Assembly: GCA_964487565.1 (NCBI GenBank)
Contig: CAZARN010000006.1
Span: 43,345-107,344, forward strand
Length of the DNA stretch: 64,000 bases
Direction of reading: 5' to 3'
DNA from: an uncultured Clostridium sp.
GTDB lineage: Bacteria > Bacillota > Clostridia > Christensenellales > CAG-138
Both the position numbers and the translations under genes were made by a program. Within the stretch, counting starts at the first letter, position 1. Each line of letters opens with the position of its first letter. This document shows positions 17,230-26,248 of this stretch, one piece after another. Under the pieces are notes generated by a model that saw only the letters and a program-made list of their open reading frames with translations, had not been told where the DNA came from and made no database searches.

Positions 17230-19530
17230 TCAGCCGCATTTGCTGTATCCGCACGCCCGGCATATAACGCATCCGCCCTCGTGCTCCATCGGCGAACCGC
17301 ATTCCGGACACGGAGCTCCAGCTTCTTTCTCGTTATCGGTGCAGCAGACCTGATCCTGGATCTCCTCTTTATCTATCGGCTTCACATAACCGCTCGAAGT
17401 GCGCGCCGCATCCTCCTCGGCCTTCATTTTTGCCACTTTTTCAAGTACCTTTCCGATTGCATCCGGACATGAAAGCACCTTTATATTCGGATTGAGCGCC
17501 CTCTGACGCAGCGTTGAATGGCAGCGGATGCCCTTGAGCTGCTCTATTATCTCATTGACTTCAAGGCCGGAACGCAGCGCCGTTGATATGAGCCTGCTTG
17601 TGGCCTCGCTCTGGCTCGGGCAACCGCCCGCACGGCCCAAATTGGCAAAGACCTCGCATATTCCCTTATCGTCGTAATTGACCGTTACATACAGGTTTCC
17701 GCAACCGATCACAACTTTTTCGGTGATGCCCCGCGTAACCTCGGGTCTCGGACGCGGTGAGATATGCGTTTCAACGACGGGCGCCTCATTATCAACAGGC
17801 TTGTCCGTCTTCTTGTCGCCCACATAAAGCACCTGATCCTCGCGGCTGCCGTCACGATAGATCGTCACGCCCTTGCATCCAAGCCGGTATGCGAGCGTGA
17901 ACACCTCCGCGACCTCGTCTCTGGTTGCATCGCTTCTGAAGTTAACAGTTTTTGAAACGGCATTATCAGTAAAACGCTGAAACGCGCTCTGCATCCTTAT
18001 GTGATATTTTGGCGAAATATCGTGCGCCGTGACAAAAACGCGCTTTATTTCCTCCGGCACTTCGTCTATGTGGGCAAGCGTACCTTCGCGTGCAATGCGA
18101 CGCATCAGCGCATCCGTATAAAAGCCTTCCCTCTTTGCGACTTCCGCAAAATACGGATCCACCTGCGGCAGCTCGTCGTTATCCATCACATTGCGCACGA
18201 ACGAGAGCGCGAACAGCGGTTCCACGCCGCTTGACGCGCCGCAGATTATCGATATCGTTCCCGTCGGCGCAATAGTTGTGCAGGTAGCATTCCTATAAGC
18301 AAGGTTCTTGTCTTTCAAACTGCTTTTCTCATACAGCGGGAACGTTCCTCTTGATTCTGCAAGCGCCTGCGACGCCTCATGCGCCCGGTCGTTGATAAAG
18401 CGCATCAGGCCTGCTGCCGTCTCAATGCCTTCCTCTGAATTATACGGTATGCCGAGGCGATAGAGCATGTCGGCAAATCCCATCACACCAAGTCCGATTT
18501 TTCGCGTTGCAAGCGTCTTTTCAGCAATTATATCGAGCGGGTACCTGTTCACCTCGATCACGTTGTCAAGAAAGTGTACCGCCGTATCAACAACATCGCC
18601 CAAACGCTCATAATCTATCGCATAAGCCCCATGCTCGTCGATTCTCAGCATTTTTGCCAGGTTTATCGAACCGAGATTGCAGCTTTCATAAGGAAGCAGC
18701 GGCTGTTCGCCGCACGGATTCGTCGACTCGATCTCCCCTGCGGCTTCGCGCACCACATTGTCCCTGTTCATCCTGTCGAGGAAGATTATGCCCGGTTCGC
18801 CGTTTTTCCACGCCATGTCAACAATGAGGTCAAATACCTCTTTGGCGTTTTCGCGGCATACGACCTCTTTCGTGCGCGGATCGACAAGATCGTATTCCTC
18901 GTTTTTGTCTACGGCTTCCATGAACTTTTCCGTAAGACCGACGCTGATATTGAAGTTTGTTATTTCGTGAGAATCGCTTTTGCACGTTATGAACTTTTTT
19001 ATGTCCGGATGGTCAACGCGAAGTATACCCATGTTGGCGCCGCGTCTTGTGCCGCCCTGCTTGACCGCTTCAGTTGCGGAATTGAACACCTTCATAAAGC
19101 TTATCGGCCCGCTTGCGACGCCTCCCGTTGAACGCACCGTCGCTCCGCCCGCCCGCAGACGCGAGAAGGAAAACCCCGTCCCGCCGCCGCTTTTGTGGAT
19201 GAGAGCGGCGTCCTTCACCGCCTCGAATATCTCTTCCATGGAGTCTCCGACAGGCAGAACGAAGCACGCGCTGAGCTGACCGAGCGGTTTGCCCGCATTC
19301 ATCAGCGTCGGGGAATTCGGCATGAAATACAAATTGTCCATAAGCGAATAAAAGCTGTCCGATACAGCCTTCACGTCCGCATTTGCATCAAAGTCCAGAT
19401 CGCCTTCTGCGATGGCGTCGGCAACGCGGCGGAACATACCGTCAGGAGTTTCAACTAATTTTGAATTCTCATCCTTTGTGAGATACCGTCTTTCAAGCAC
19501 GGTCAAGGCATTTTTTGAAAGTTCCGCCAC
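17230..19530 (-). CDS. nrdJ: adenosylcobalamin-dependent (class II) ribonucleotide reductase
   Basis: Motifs TNPCGEQPL and LSACFVL, plus a C-terminal zinc ribbon CPECGSPMEHEGGCVICRACGYSKC. Start reassigned to the GTG at 19530, 7 nt after a GGAGGG RBS. The track's N-terminal extension runs through the promoter. Confidence 0.9.
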   Translation of the reverse strand: MAELSKNALTVLERRYLTKDENSKLVETPDGMFRRVADAIAEGDLDFDANADVKAVSDSFYSLMDNLYFMPNSPTLMNAGKPLGQLSACFVLPVGDSMEEIFEAVKDAALIHKSGGGTGFSFSRLRAGGATVRSTGGVASGPISFMKVFNSATEAVKQGGTRRGANMGILRVDHPDIKKFITCKSDSHEITNFNISVGLTEKFMEAVDKNEEYDLVDPRTKEVVCRENAKEVFDLIVDMAWKNGEPGIIFLDRMNRDNVVREAAGEIESTNPCGEQPLLPYESCNLGSINLAKMLRIDEHGAYAIDYERLGDVVDTAVHFLDNVIEVNRYPLDIIAEKTLATRKIGLGVMGFADMLYRLGIPYNSEEGIETAAGLMRFINDRAHEASQALAESRGTFPLYEKSSLKDKNLAYRNATCTTIAPTGTISIICGASSGVEPLFALSFVRNVMDNDELPQVDPYFAEVAKREGFYTDALMRRIAREGTLAHIDEVPEEIKRVFVTAHDISPKYHIRMQSAFQRFTDNAVSKTVNFRSDATRDEVAEVFTLAYRLGCKGVTIYRDGSREDQVLYVGDKKTDKPVDNEAPVVETHISPRPRPEVTRGITEKVVIGCGNLYVTVNYDDKGICEVFANLGRAGGCPSQSEATSRLISTALRSGLEVNEIIEQLKGIRCHSTLRQRALNPNIKVLSCPDAIGKVLEKVAKMKAEEDAARTSSGYVKPIDKEEIQDQVCCTDNEKEAGAPCPECGSPMEHEGGCVICRACGYSKCG

Positions 19531-19541
19531 TGTGAAGCCCT

Positions 19542-19588
19542 CCACTATATATAATAAAAAAATGATATCGATACACAAAATGTTGTAT
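19542..19588 (-). promoter_or_regulatory. two candidate NrdR boxes in the nrdJ leader
   Basis: The candidates are CCACTATATATAATAA (19542-19557) and ACACAAAATGTTGTAT (19573-19588). The recalled NrdR-box consensus is acaCwAtATaTwGtgt. Centres are 31 bp apart, about 3 helical turns. Confidence 0.5.
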
Positions 19589-19600
19589 ATCGATATCATT
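19561..19600. repeat. 40-bp near-palindrome with perfect 13-bp arms
   Basis: AATGATATCGATA - 14 nt - TATCGATATCATT. The inner part is also partially self-complementary and contains NrdR box 2. Confidence 0.8.
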
Positions 19601-19626
19601 TTAGCACCACTTATGTTTTATGTAAA
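19598..19626 (-). promoter_or_regulatory. sigma-A-type promoter of nrdJ
   Basis: Minus strand TTTACA -17 nt- TAAAAT. The -10 overlaps one arm of the 40-bp palindrome. Confidence 0.55.
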
Positions 19627-19648
19627 TAACGCATTGGCCAATATTCGA

Positions 19649-20677
19649 TTATCCAATACCGCACATCGAAGCATTTTGTTTTATTATGAGCTCCATGATT
19701 TGAACGGCGTTGGTTGCTGCGCCTTTGCGAAGCTGATCGCCGCTGCACCAAAGCGTAAGCCCGTTGGCATTGACCGGGTCGCGACGTATCCTGCCGACAT
19801 ACACAAGATCGTGGTCGGAGGCCGAAAGCGGCATCGGATATATGAAATTCTGCGGGTCGTCGGCAAGCGCACATCCCGGCGCATCCTTTATCGCTGCGCG
19901 GGCTTCAAACGGGCTAACAGGTTTTTCTGTTATAACCGTAACTGATATGGAATGGCTGCGCACCACCGGCACCCTGACGCAGGTGCAGTTCACAAGCAAC
20001 TCGTTCTCATGCAGTATCTTTCTTCCTTCGCGCTGCATTTTCCATTCTTCCGTCGTATAATCCTCATCCGCGAAGCCCCCGATCTGAGGAATGAGGTTTT
20101 CAGCTATCTGGTATTTGAAAACGCCCGGCTGTATGCTCTCGCCGTTAACAATTGCGCGATTCTCATCTTCAAGTTCAACTATTCCGTTCGCGCCCGCGCC
20201 CGAAACGGCCTGATATGTGCTTGCATACATGGCTTTTATCCTTGAGAGTCTGTTTATAGCGCTTACCGCGACAAGCGCTATTATCGTTGAACAGTTCGGA
20301 TTTGATATGATACCGTGATTGAGAAATGCGTCGCCCGGGTTGATCTCAGGCACAACGAGGGGAACATCCGCTTCATGTCTGAACGCGCTTGAATTATCGA
20401 TGAACACGGCGCCCGCGCGCTTTATTGCAGGCGCGAAGCGTTTCGCGAGCGGGGCCTGCACTGCGCCGAGCACGAAATCAAGTCCGCAAAACGCATCATC
20501 GTCGGCTTGCCTGACCGTGATATCTCGCCCGTTGAAGCACAGCTTCTTTCCGACGCTTTTTTCGCTTGCCAAAAGGCGAAGCTCATCAACCGGTATATTT
20601 CTCTCCTCAAGACAATGCAGCATCTGCCGTCCGACAGCTCCTGTTGCGCCCAAAATCGCGATCGAATACTTTTTCAT
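19649..20677 (-). CDS. asd: aspartate-semialdehyde dehydrogenase
   Basis: Motifs ILGATGAVGRQM and NPNCSTI. Start at the ATG at 20677 (MKKYSIAILG), with a GGAGGTG RBS 6 nt upstream. Confidence 0.9.
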   Translation of the reverse strand: MKKYSIAILGATGAVGRQMLHCLEERNIPVDELRLLASEKSVGKKLCFNGRDITVRQADDDAFCGLDFVLGAVQAPLAKRFAPAIKRAGAVFIDNSSAFRHEADVPLVVPEINPGDAFLNHGIISNPNCSTIIALVAVSAINRLSRIKAMYASTYQAVSGAGANGIVELEDENRAIVNGESIQPGVFKYQIAENLIPQIGGFADEDYTTEEWKMQREGRKILHENELLVNCTCVRVPVVRSHSISVTVITEKPVSPFEARAAIKDAPGCALADDPQNFIYPMPLSASDHDLVYVGRIRRDPVNANGLTLWCSGDQLRKGAATNAVQIMELIIKQNASMCGIG

Positions 20678-20690
20678 ATGACACACCTCC

Positions 20691-20728
20691 GGCATAAAAT
20701 AAAGGCGGCAAGCCTTGCGCTTGCCGCC
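20691..20728 (-). terminator. intrinsic terminator / attenuator hairpin immediately upstream of the asd RBS
   Basis: 10-bp stem GGCGGCAAGC / GCTTGCCGCC with a 5-nt loop, followed on the minus strand by TTTATTTTAT. The GGAGGTG RBS of asd comes 3 nt later. Confidence 0.75.
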
Positions 20729-20884
20729 CTGTTAACTGAATTTGATATCAGGCGAACCGCTGCAATGACCTGGCCGGGTACGACGAAAAGCCGCAAGTAG
20801 TAGTCTTGCAGCCGGTAGTCGCGGTAGTCAGGCCAAATCCAAACAATCTCATCGGTTTACCCTTTCGGAATATTTTCGGTTATA
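20729..20884 (-). promoter_or_regulatory. structured untranslated spacer between spoIIID and asd (candidate cis-regulatory leader or small RNA)
   Basis: No ORF is present. The minus-strand RNA has an outer helix UGGCCUG/CAGGUCA enclosing the hairpin GCUGCAAG-ACUACUA-CUUGCGGC-UUUU, with ACUAC repeated three or more times. It ends in the terminator at 20691-20728. Confidence 0.45.
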
Positions 20885-21163
20885 TTACCTCACGCCGTCT
20901 GTTTTGTCAAGCTCATTTTTTCCCTTGTATTTCAAATATGTCGCCATACCGCCCCTTATATGGCGTTCTTCCCTGTTTTTCTTCAAAATATCCGCCACCT
21001 GTTTTGACAAAAGCGGGTCAAGATTGCCGAGTCTCGTCTGCATATCATGGTGCACGGTTGATTTGCTTATGCCAAATGCCTTTGCGGCGCTGCGCACCGT
21101 GGAATTATGTTCCACTATATACTCAGCGACGTCAAGTACCCTCTCCTCAATGTATGTATACAT
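20885..21163 (-). CDS. spoIIID: sporulation transcriptional regulator SpoIIID
   Basis: 92 aa. MYTYIEERVLDVAEYIVEHNSTVRSAAKAFGISKSTVHHDM...IRGGMATYLKYK is collinear with B. subtilis SpoIIID. Start at the ATG at 21163, after a GGGGG RBS. Confidence 0.9.
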   Translation of the reverse strand: MYTYIEERVLDVAEYIVEHNSTVRSAAKAFGISKSTVHHDMQTRLGNLDPLLSKQVADILKKNREERHIRGGMATYLKYKGKNELDKTDGVR

Positions 21164-21237
21164 GAAAATACCCCCGAACAAGCTTTGTTAATGCTTATGA
21201 GGGCATATGACAGATAATTCATGTCAATATCCAGTTT

Positions 21238-21864
21238 TCACAATCCTCTTGAGCAGGCGCTTGCCCCATATACCTTATCAGCGCCCGCAAGCCTCAGCAT
21301 CTTCGCACATTCACGCAGCGTTGCTCCGGTTGTCACAACATCGTCAATGAGTATCACGCGCCGGCCTTCGGCACGCGGCGAGGCCTGAAACGCTCCGCGC
21401 ATATTAAGTATCCTCTCACGCGCGCCAAGAGCGGTCTGCGTACCCGTATCGCGCACGCGAAACAACATTTCTGTATCTACAGGTATTCCGGTTTGTTCAC
21501 TTAATGCGTCCGCAATAAGCTCGCTTTGGTTATAACCGCGGCTGTGCTGTTTCTTCTTTGAAAGCGGAACCGGAACAAGCGCATCCGCCTTCCATTCCTC
21601 AGGTATTTTCATAAGCCTCGAAAGGCATTTTCCCATATAGCGGGCGTCATCGTATTTCAGCGCATGGATAGGCCCGGCCATGAGTTCGTCATAAAAAACC
21701 GCCGCATAAAACCCATCCAGATGTGAAATGTTCCTGAGATCCTCCGCCGGATAAAGCTTTTGGGCGCAGCTTTCGCATATACCTCGGCTATCGGTATGCG
21801 CCTCGCGTGCGCATATAAAGCAGACGCAGTTTTCAGGATAAAGCCAATCCAAAAAGCCGCTCAT
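21238..21864 (-). CDS. comFC: ComF family protein (amidophosphoribosyltransferase-like, ComFC)
   Basis: N-terminal Cys pairs (CVCFIC ... CESC) and PRTase motif VILIDDVVTTGATL. 4-nt overlap with recD2. Confidence 0.8.
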   Translation of the reverse strand: MSGFLDWLYPENCVCFICAREAHTDSRGICESCAQKLYPAEDLRNISHLDGFYAAVFYDELMAGPIHALKYDDARYMGKCLSRLMKIPEEWKADALVPVPLSKKKQHSRGYNQSELIADALSEQTGIPVDTEMLFRVRDTGTQTALGARERILNMRGAFQASPRAEGRRVILIDDVVTTGATLRECAKMLRLAGADKVYGASACSRGL

Positions 21865-24068
21865 GTTTCTGCTGCCGAAACCGCCGCGAATTGCTCAAGG
21901 AACGTTCGCAGCGCGCTGTAACGCCGTTTTATATCCGCATTATCGACCATGTCATATACGCTCTGTTGGCGCCCGACAATGTAAACCTGTTCCCTTGCCC
22001 TTGTAACAGCCGTATAGAGCAGATTCCTCGTCAAAAGCTGCGGCGGCCCTCCCGCAAGCGGCATTAGCACAACCGGATATTCGCTGCCCTGACTCTTGTG
22101 TATTGTCACTGCATACGCAAGCGTCAGTTCCTCCAGGGATGTGAATTCATAGACCGCGTGCCGCTCATCGTCGAATGCGACCGTTAGCTCCTGATCCTCG
22201 CTGTCGATCTTTTCTATCGTGCCGAGATCGCCGTTGAACACGCCCATTCCTTCTTCTCCGCCGCGTTTCCATATGAGCTGATAATCGTTCTTGATCTGCA
22301 TCACCTTGTCGCCCTCGCGAAATATCTGCTCGCCGATCTTGTGCTCGCTTTTTTTATATGTCGGCGGATTCAGCGACTGCTGAAGCCTCACGTTCAGGTT
22401 CTGCACGCCAAGCGCTCCCTTTTTCATCGGGCATAAAACCTGAACGTCACGCCGCGGGTCGTTTGTGGCAAGCTTGTTTGTTGAGCCTGAACAAAGGGCG
22501 ACAACGCGCCTGATTATCTCTTCGGCGGAATACAGCTCCTCGAACCTGAAATCGATGCAATCCGAAAACAGCTCCGGCAGTCTGCCTCTGTTTATCCTGT
22601 GTGCATTTTCAACAATCATTCCGCGTTCGGCCTGTCTGTATATATCGGTGAGCCTGATGACCGGCACGGTGGAACTGTCAATTATATCGCGCAGCACGTT
22701 GCCCGGCCCGACCGACGGAAGTTGATCCGCGTCTCCCACCATTATAAGACGGGTACCCTTTGGTATCGCGCGAAGCAGCGCACGCATCAGGATGATATCT
22801 ACCATGCTCATCTCGTCAACGATAATCGCGTCAGTCTCGATCGGATTATCCTCATTTTTTACGAAGGAGTCCTCTTCGAAACCAAAGCCGAGCATACGGT
22901 GGATCGTTCTCGCTTCTGCTCCGGTCGCCTCCGACATTCGCTTTGCTGCGCGCCCTGTTGGCGCGCACAGTTCAAAATCAAGTCCCTGTTCTTCAACAAG
23001 CTTTATCACAAAACGAAGAATGGTCGTTTTGCCGGTGCCCGGTCCGCCTGTTATCACCATCGCGCCCGAAGTCATCGCGCATATGACAGCTTCTCTTTGC
23101 TGGGCCCCAAGCTCCACGCCAAGCTCTTTTTCAAGCTTATTTATGCGCATGTCGAGTCCCATGAGCTGCTGTGTCTGCGCGCACGCAAACAGTTCGCCCA
23201 ACCGCCTTGCGCATTCGCTTTCCGTGCGGAACATGCCCGGCAGAAAAGTGCAATCCTCATTTTCTATGTTCTTGTTGATTATCTCACCCGATATGATAAG
23301 CTCACGAAGGCTGTTTTCCACAGGCAGTATATCCGTGCCGAGAAGCTTTGCCGATACCTCGATGAGTTTTTCCACAGGCAGCATAGTGTGCCCTTCCTGG
23401 CGCGCCCATCGCAGCGTGTATTTCAAACCCGCTTTTATACGAAACGGCGAATCATGCTCGATACCTGAGTTTATTGCCATCTTGTCGGCGGTTATAAAAC
23501 CTATTCCTTCAATATCGTCAATGAGCCTGTAAGGATTCTCCTTGAGTTTCGCAAGGCACAGATTGCCGTATTGCTTATACAGCTTCATGCCTTGATTCAC
23601 CGTTATTCCGTATTCCTGAAGCGCCAGCATGATGTCGCGCATATCCTTTTGCATGGCAAAGGACGCCGCTATGCGCGCAGCCCTTTTTTCGCCAATGCCC
23701 GGGACCTCCCTCAGGCGCTGCGGCTCGTTCTCAAGCACGGAGATCGTGTCCATCCCGAACATGGCGACGATCTGTTTTGCCGTCACTTCACCAACGCCGT
23801 TGATAAGGCCGCTGCCAAGATAGTTTATAAGCGCTGTCACGTTTGACGGGGCAAGCGTATGATACTCGCGCGCACGGAACTGTTTGCCATACGACGGATG
23901 CTCCGCCCATGCGCCCGAAATCTCCATGCGCTCGCCAACGCTTGCAAGCGCAAGCTCACCCACTGCGGTAAACGTGTGCTGCGCATCATCAGTCAGCTCA
24001 AGCACGGTATAGCCGTTTTCTGCATTGCGATAGATTATGCTGTTGACCGTCGCACGGATCGTTTCCAC
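21861..24068 (-). CDS. recD2: SF1B ATP-dependent DNA helicase RecD2
   Basis: 735 aa. Walker A GGPGTGKTT, LIMVGDADQLPSVGPG, and a C-terminal AVTIHKSQGSE motif. Confidence 0.9.
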   Translation of the reverse strand: METIRATVNSIIYRNAENGYTVLELTDDAQHTFTAVGELALASVGERMEISGAWAEHPSYGKQFRAREYHTLAPSNVTALINYLGSGLINGVGEVTAKQIVAMFGMDTISVLENEPQRLREVPGIGEKRAARIAASFAMQKDMRDIMLALQEYGITVNQGMKLYKQYGNLCLAKLKENPYRLIDDIEGIGFITADKMAINSGIEHDSPFRIKAGLKYTLRWARQEGHTMLPVEKLIEVSAKLLGTDILPVENSLRELIISGEIINKNIENEDCTFLPGMFRTESECARRLGELFACAQTQQLMGLDMRINKLEKELGVELGAQQREAVICAMTSGAMVITGGPGTGKTTILRFVIKLVEEQGLDFELCAPTGRAAKRMSEATGAEARTIHRMLGFGFEEDSFVKNEDNPIETDAIIVDEMSMVDIILMRALLRAIPKGTRLIMVGDADQLPSVGPGNVLRDIIDSSTVPVIRLTDIYRQAERGMIVENAHRINRGRLPELFSDCIDFRFEELYSAEEIIRRVVALCSGSTNKLATNDPRRDVQVLCPMKKGALGVQNLNVRLQQSLNPPTYKKSEHKIGEQIFREGDKVMQIKNDYQLIWKRGGEEGMGVFNGDLGTIEKIDSEDQELTVAFDDERHAVYEFTSLEELTLAYAVTIHKSQGSEYPVVLMPLAGGPPQLLTRNLLYTAVTRAREQVYIVGRQQSVYDMVDNADIKRRYSALRTFLEQFAAVSAAET

Positions 24069-24164
24069 AGTTTCATCCTTTCAAAGTCAATATATTGTAC
24101 CATTACCGCCATGGTTTGGCAAAGAATGATTATAAGCCGCATATATTTAGGCACAAAGAAGCAT

Positions 24165-24989
24165 ATGGAGGGGATGCGCGTGCCTATTTTAATCATCACC
24201 AAGAAGACCATCTTCATTGCCCTCGGTGTCATAGCCGCGATAATTGCGGCAGTTGTCATCGCCATTGCCGTTGCAGACGGTCAGGCTCCCGTTTCATCCT
24301 CAGGCATCATTGAGGAATACGAGCTTGAGGTGCTTGCCGGGAAAAAACGCGAGCTGCCTGTTTACAACGTTGAACGCACAGACAAGAAGATCGCTCTCAC
24401 AATAGATGCGGCATGGGAGGATGACAAGACGGAGTTCATACTGGATACGCTGGACAAATACAACATCAAAGCAACGTTTTTCCTTTGCGGCTACTGGGTG
24501 GAAAAATATCCCGACATGGTCAGGGAGATCGCATCACGCGGGCATGAGATCGGCAACCATTCATATTCTCATCCTCACATGACGAAGCTTTCCGCAAAGG
24601 ATATGCAAAAGGATGTGGAGAAAAACGAAAAAATGATCGAAAAGCTGACAGGCAAACGCTGCGCCGTGTTTCGCGCGCCTTACGGAGAATATGATGATTC
24701 GGTCATTTTAGCCATGCGCGGGGCGGGATACCAGATCATTCAATGGAACATTGATACGATTGACTGGCGTGAAGAAAGAAGCGCGCAGACTATACTTGAC
24801 ACCGTGCTTCCAAAGCTCAGTCCCGGCAGCATAATCCTTTGCCACAACAACGGTTATAAGATCAAAGAATACTTAACCACGCTTATCGAAACCGCGCAGC
24901 AGCAGGGCTATGAATTTGTGACGGTGAGCGAGTTATTGCTTGACGGGAATACCGTGATCGACGTCAACGGCGTGCAAAAACCCGCCTGA
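24165..24989 (+). CDS. polysaccharide deacetylase family protein (PdaB-like)
   Basis: N-terminal TM anchor followed by a NodB domain (ALTIDAAWEDD, GNHSYSHPH). The track ORF starts at 23859 inside recD2. I start at the ATG at 24165, but the GTG at 24180 is also possible. Confidence 0.75.
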   Translation: MEGMRVPILIITKKTIFIALGVIAAIIAAVVIAIAVADGQAPVSSSGIIEEYELEVLAGKKRELPVYNVERTDKKIALTIDAAWEDDKTEFILDTLDKYNIKATFFLCGYWVEKYPDMVREIASRGHEIGNHSYSHPHMTKLSAKDMQKDVEKNEKMIEKLTGKRCAVFRAPYGEYDDSVILAMRGAGYQIIQWNIDTIDWREERSAQTILDTVLPKLSPGSIILCHNNGYKIKEYLTTLIETAQQQGYEFVTVSELLLDGNTVIDVNGVQKPA

Positions 24990-25174
24990 TCGCAATAACA
25001 ATTCCTTTTGTATGGCTTGCCTTTCAAAAAGGCGTTCGCGCCGCGTCCCGGCCTGTTGTGCGCCGTGAGAAGCGAGCCGCTGCGGATGACGACAAAAGCA
25101 GAAAAAGGTCCGTGGAAGTCCGTCGTTTGCACTTGCGTTGGCGACCATGACAATCGGTCATTGCAATGCGTTGC

Positions 25175-26245
25175 CTATATTGCGCGCAACGTTTCCCTGT
25201 TGAGCGCCTTTATCACGGCAAGCGCCGCTTTCACGCTGCATTCATAATCATAATAAGTTGCGATGCCATAATGCGTATGGATATAACGCACCGGAATGCC
25301 TATCACAATCGTGGGCACGCCTGCGGCGCAAAGATGGATCGGCGCGCCGTTTGTGGAACCGCCTGTACGCACTGCCTCCTGCACAGGGATGCCTGCGTCG
25401 CCGATCGCGTCAAGCGCAAAGCGCTGGAACGCGGGTGAGGTTATCATCTTCGCGTCAATATGTCTTAGCATCGGCCCGCGCCGCAGCGCCGTTTGCACGT
25501 CGTGCGCAGGCACTACCGTATCATCGGCCGGACAGCCCTCGAATACTATCGCTGCGTCCGGCGCCACAGCGGCGCCCGTCACCGCAGCCCCGCGGGAACC
25601 GACCTCCTCCTGCGCAGAAAACGCCGCGACAAGCTCCGTTTCAAGCTCGCATCCCGCAAGCTCCATAAGGACGTCCGTCATTGCGGCGCAACCGAGGCGG
25701 CAATCGAAAGCCTTGCCCGTCATGGTGTCATGCGCGGCGTCATAACGCATGGATACGTCTGGCACAACGGGCGCGCCGATGCCGATCTTATACACGCGTT
25801 TGGTTTCATCCTCGCCGTTCGAGCCTACGTCAATGCTCATCTGTTCTATCGCCGGCGCGGCTGCGCGCTCCGCATTTGAAAGAAAGTGCGGTGGTTTGCT
25901 GGATATCACGCCTGGTATATAAGCGCCCTCCCTGTTCCTGACGCGCACCGCGTGCGCGCCGATGTTTGCGGTTACCCATCCGCCGATTGGAATGAAGGAG
26001 AGCGTGCCGTCCGCGTTTACGCTCTTCACCATGAAGCCAACCTCGTCCGTATGCGCGTCAAGCATAACAACAGGCTTGCCCGCGCCGCAGCATCTCACAT
26101 AAACGTTATGCATCCTGTCCTCGCGAATCTCACCGAGGCCTTCGCAAAAGTTTTTCACGAGCGCTGCGGTCTCATCCTCGAAGCCGGATACGCCGTTTGA
26201 ATCAGAAAGCTGTTTGATCCTGCACAGTGAATCACGCTTATCCAT
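25175..26245 (-). CDS. M42 family metallo-aminopeptidase
   Basis: Motifs SNGVSGFED and MLDAHTDEVGFMV are typical of the M42 (FrvX/PepA-like) family. Confidence 0.85.
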   Translation of the reverse strand: MDKRDSLCRIKQLSDSNGVSGFEDETAALVKNFCEGLGEIREDRMHNVYVRCCGAGKPVVMLDAHTDEVGFMVKSVNADGTLSFIPIGGWVTANIGAHAVRVRNREGAYIPGVISSKPPHFLSNAERAAAPAIEQMSIDVGSNGEDETKRVYKIGIGAPVVPDVSMRYDAAHDTMTGKAFDCRLGCAAMTDVLMELAGCELETELVAAFSAQEEVGSRGAAVTGAAVAPDAAIVFEGCPADDTVVPAHDVQTALRRGPMLRHIDAKMITSPAFQRFALDAIGDAGIPVQEAVRTGGSTNGAPIHLCAAGVPTIVIGIPVRYIHTHYGIATYYDYECSVKAALAVIKALNRETLRAI

Positions 26246-26248
26246 TCT

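Noticed and set aside
19531-19599. N-terminal extension of nrdJ (MISIYNILCIDIIFLLYIVEGFT)
   Set aside because: The extension is translated from the promoter, palindrome and RBS region. A GGAGGG RBS followed by GTG at 19530 gives a normal class II RNR N-terminus.
20678-20884. Classifying the asd leader as a lysine riboswitch or a T-box
   Set aside because: I could not find the L-box core elements (AGAGGNGC start, GCCGAAG, CUGUCA, GGAGAGC). I also could not find the T-box elements (AGAGA / GNUGGNACCGCG adjacent to the terminator). Only a loose UACCGCG match lies about 100 nt from the terminator. The element is kept as unclassified.
23859-24164. N-terminal 102-codon extension of the deacetylase ORF
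   Set aside because: The extension overlaps the recD2 coding start on the opposite strand and crosses the intergenic promoter region. The recognisable protein (TM anchor plus NodB domain) begins at the internal ATG at 24165.
24990-25174. 185-nt convergent spacer between the deacetylase and M42 genes as a possible small RNA or terminator pair
   Set aside because: Only short, weak hairpins are present (6-bp GCCTTT/AAAGGC, 5-bp ATGAC/GTCAT) without U-tracts. No promoter-like hexamers are present, so there is nothing I can support.
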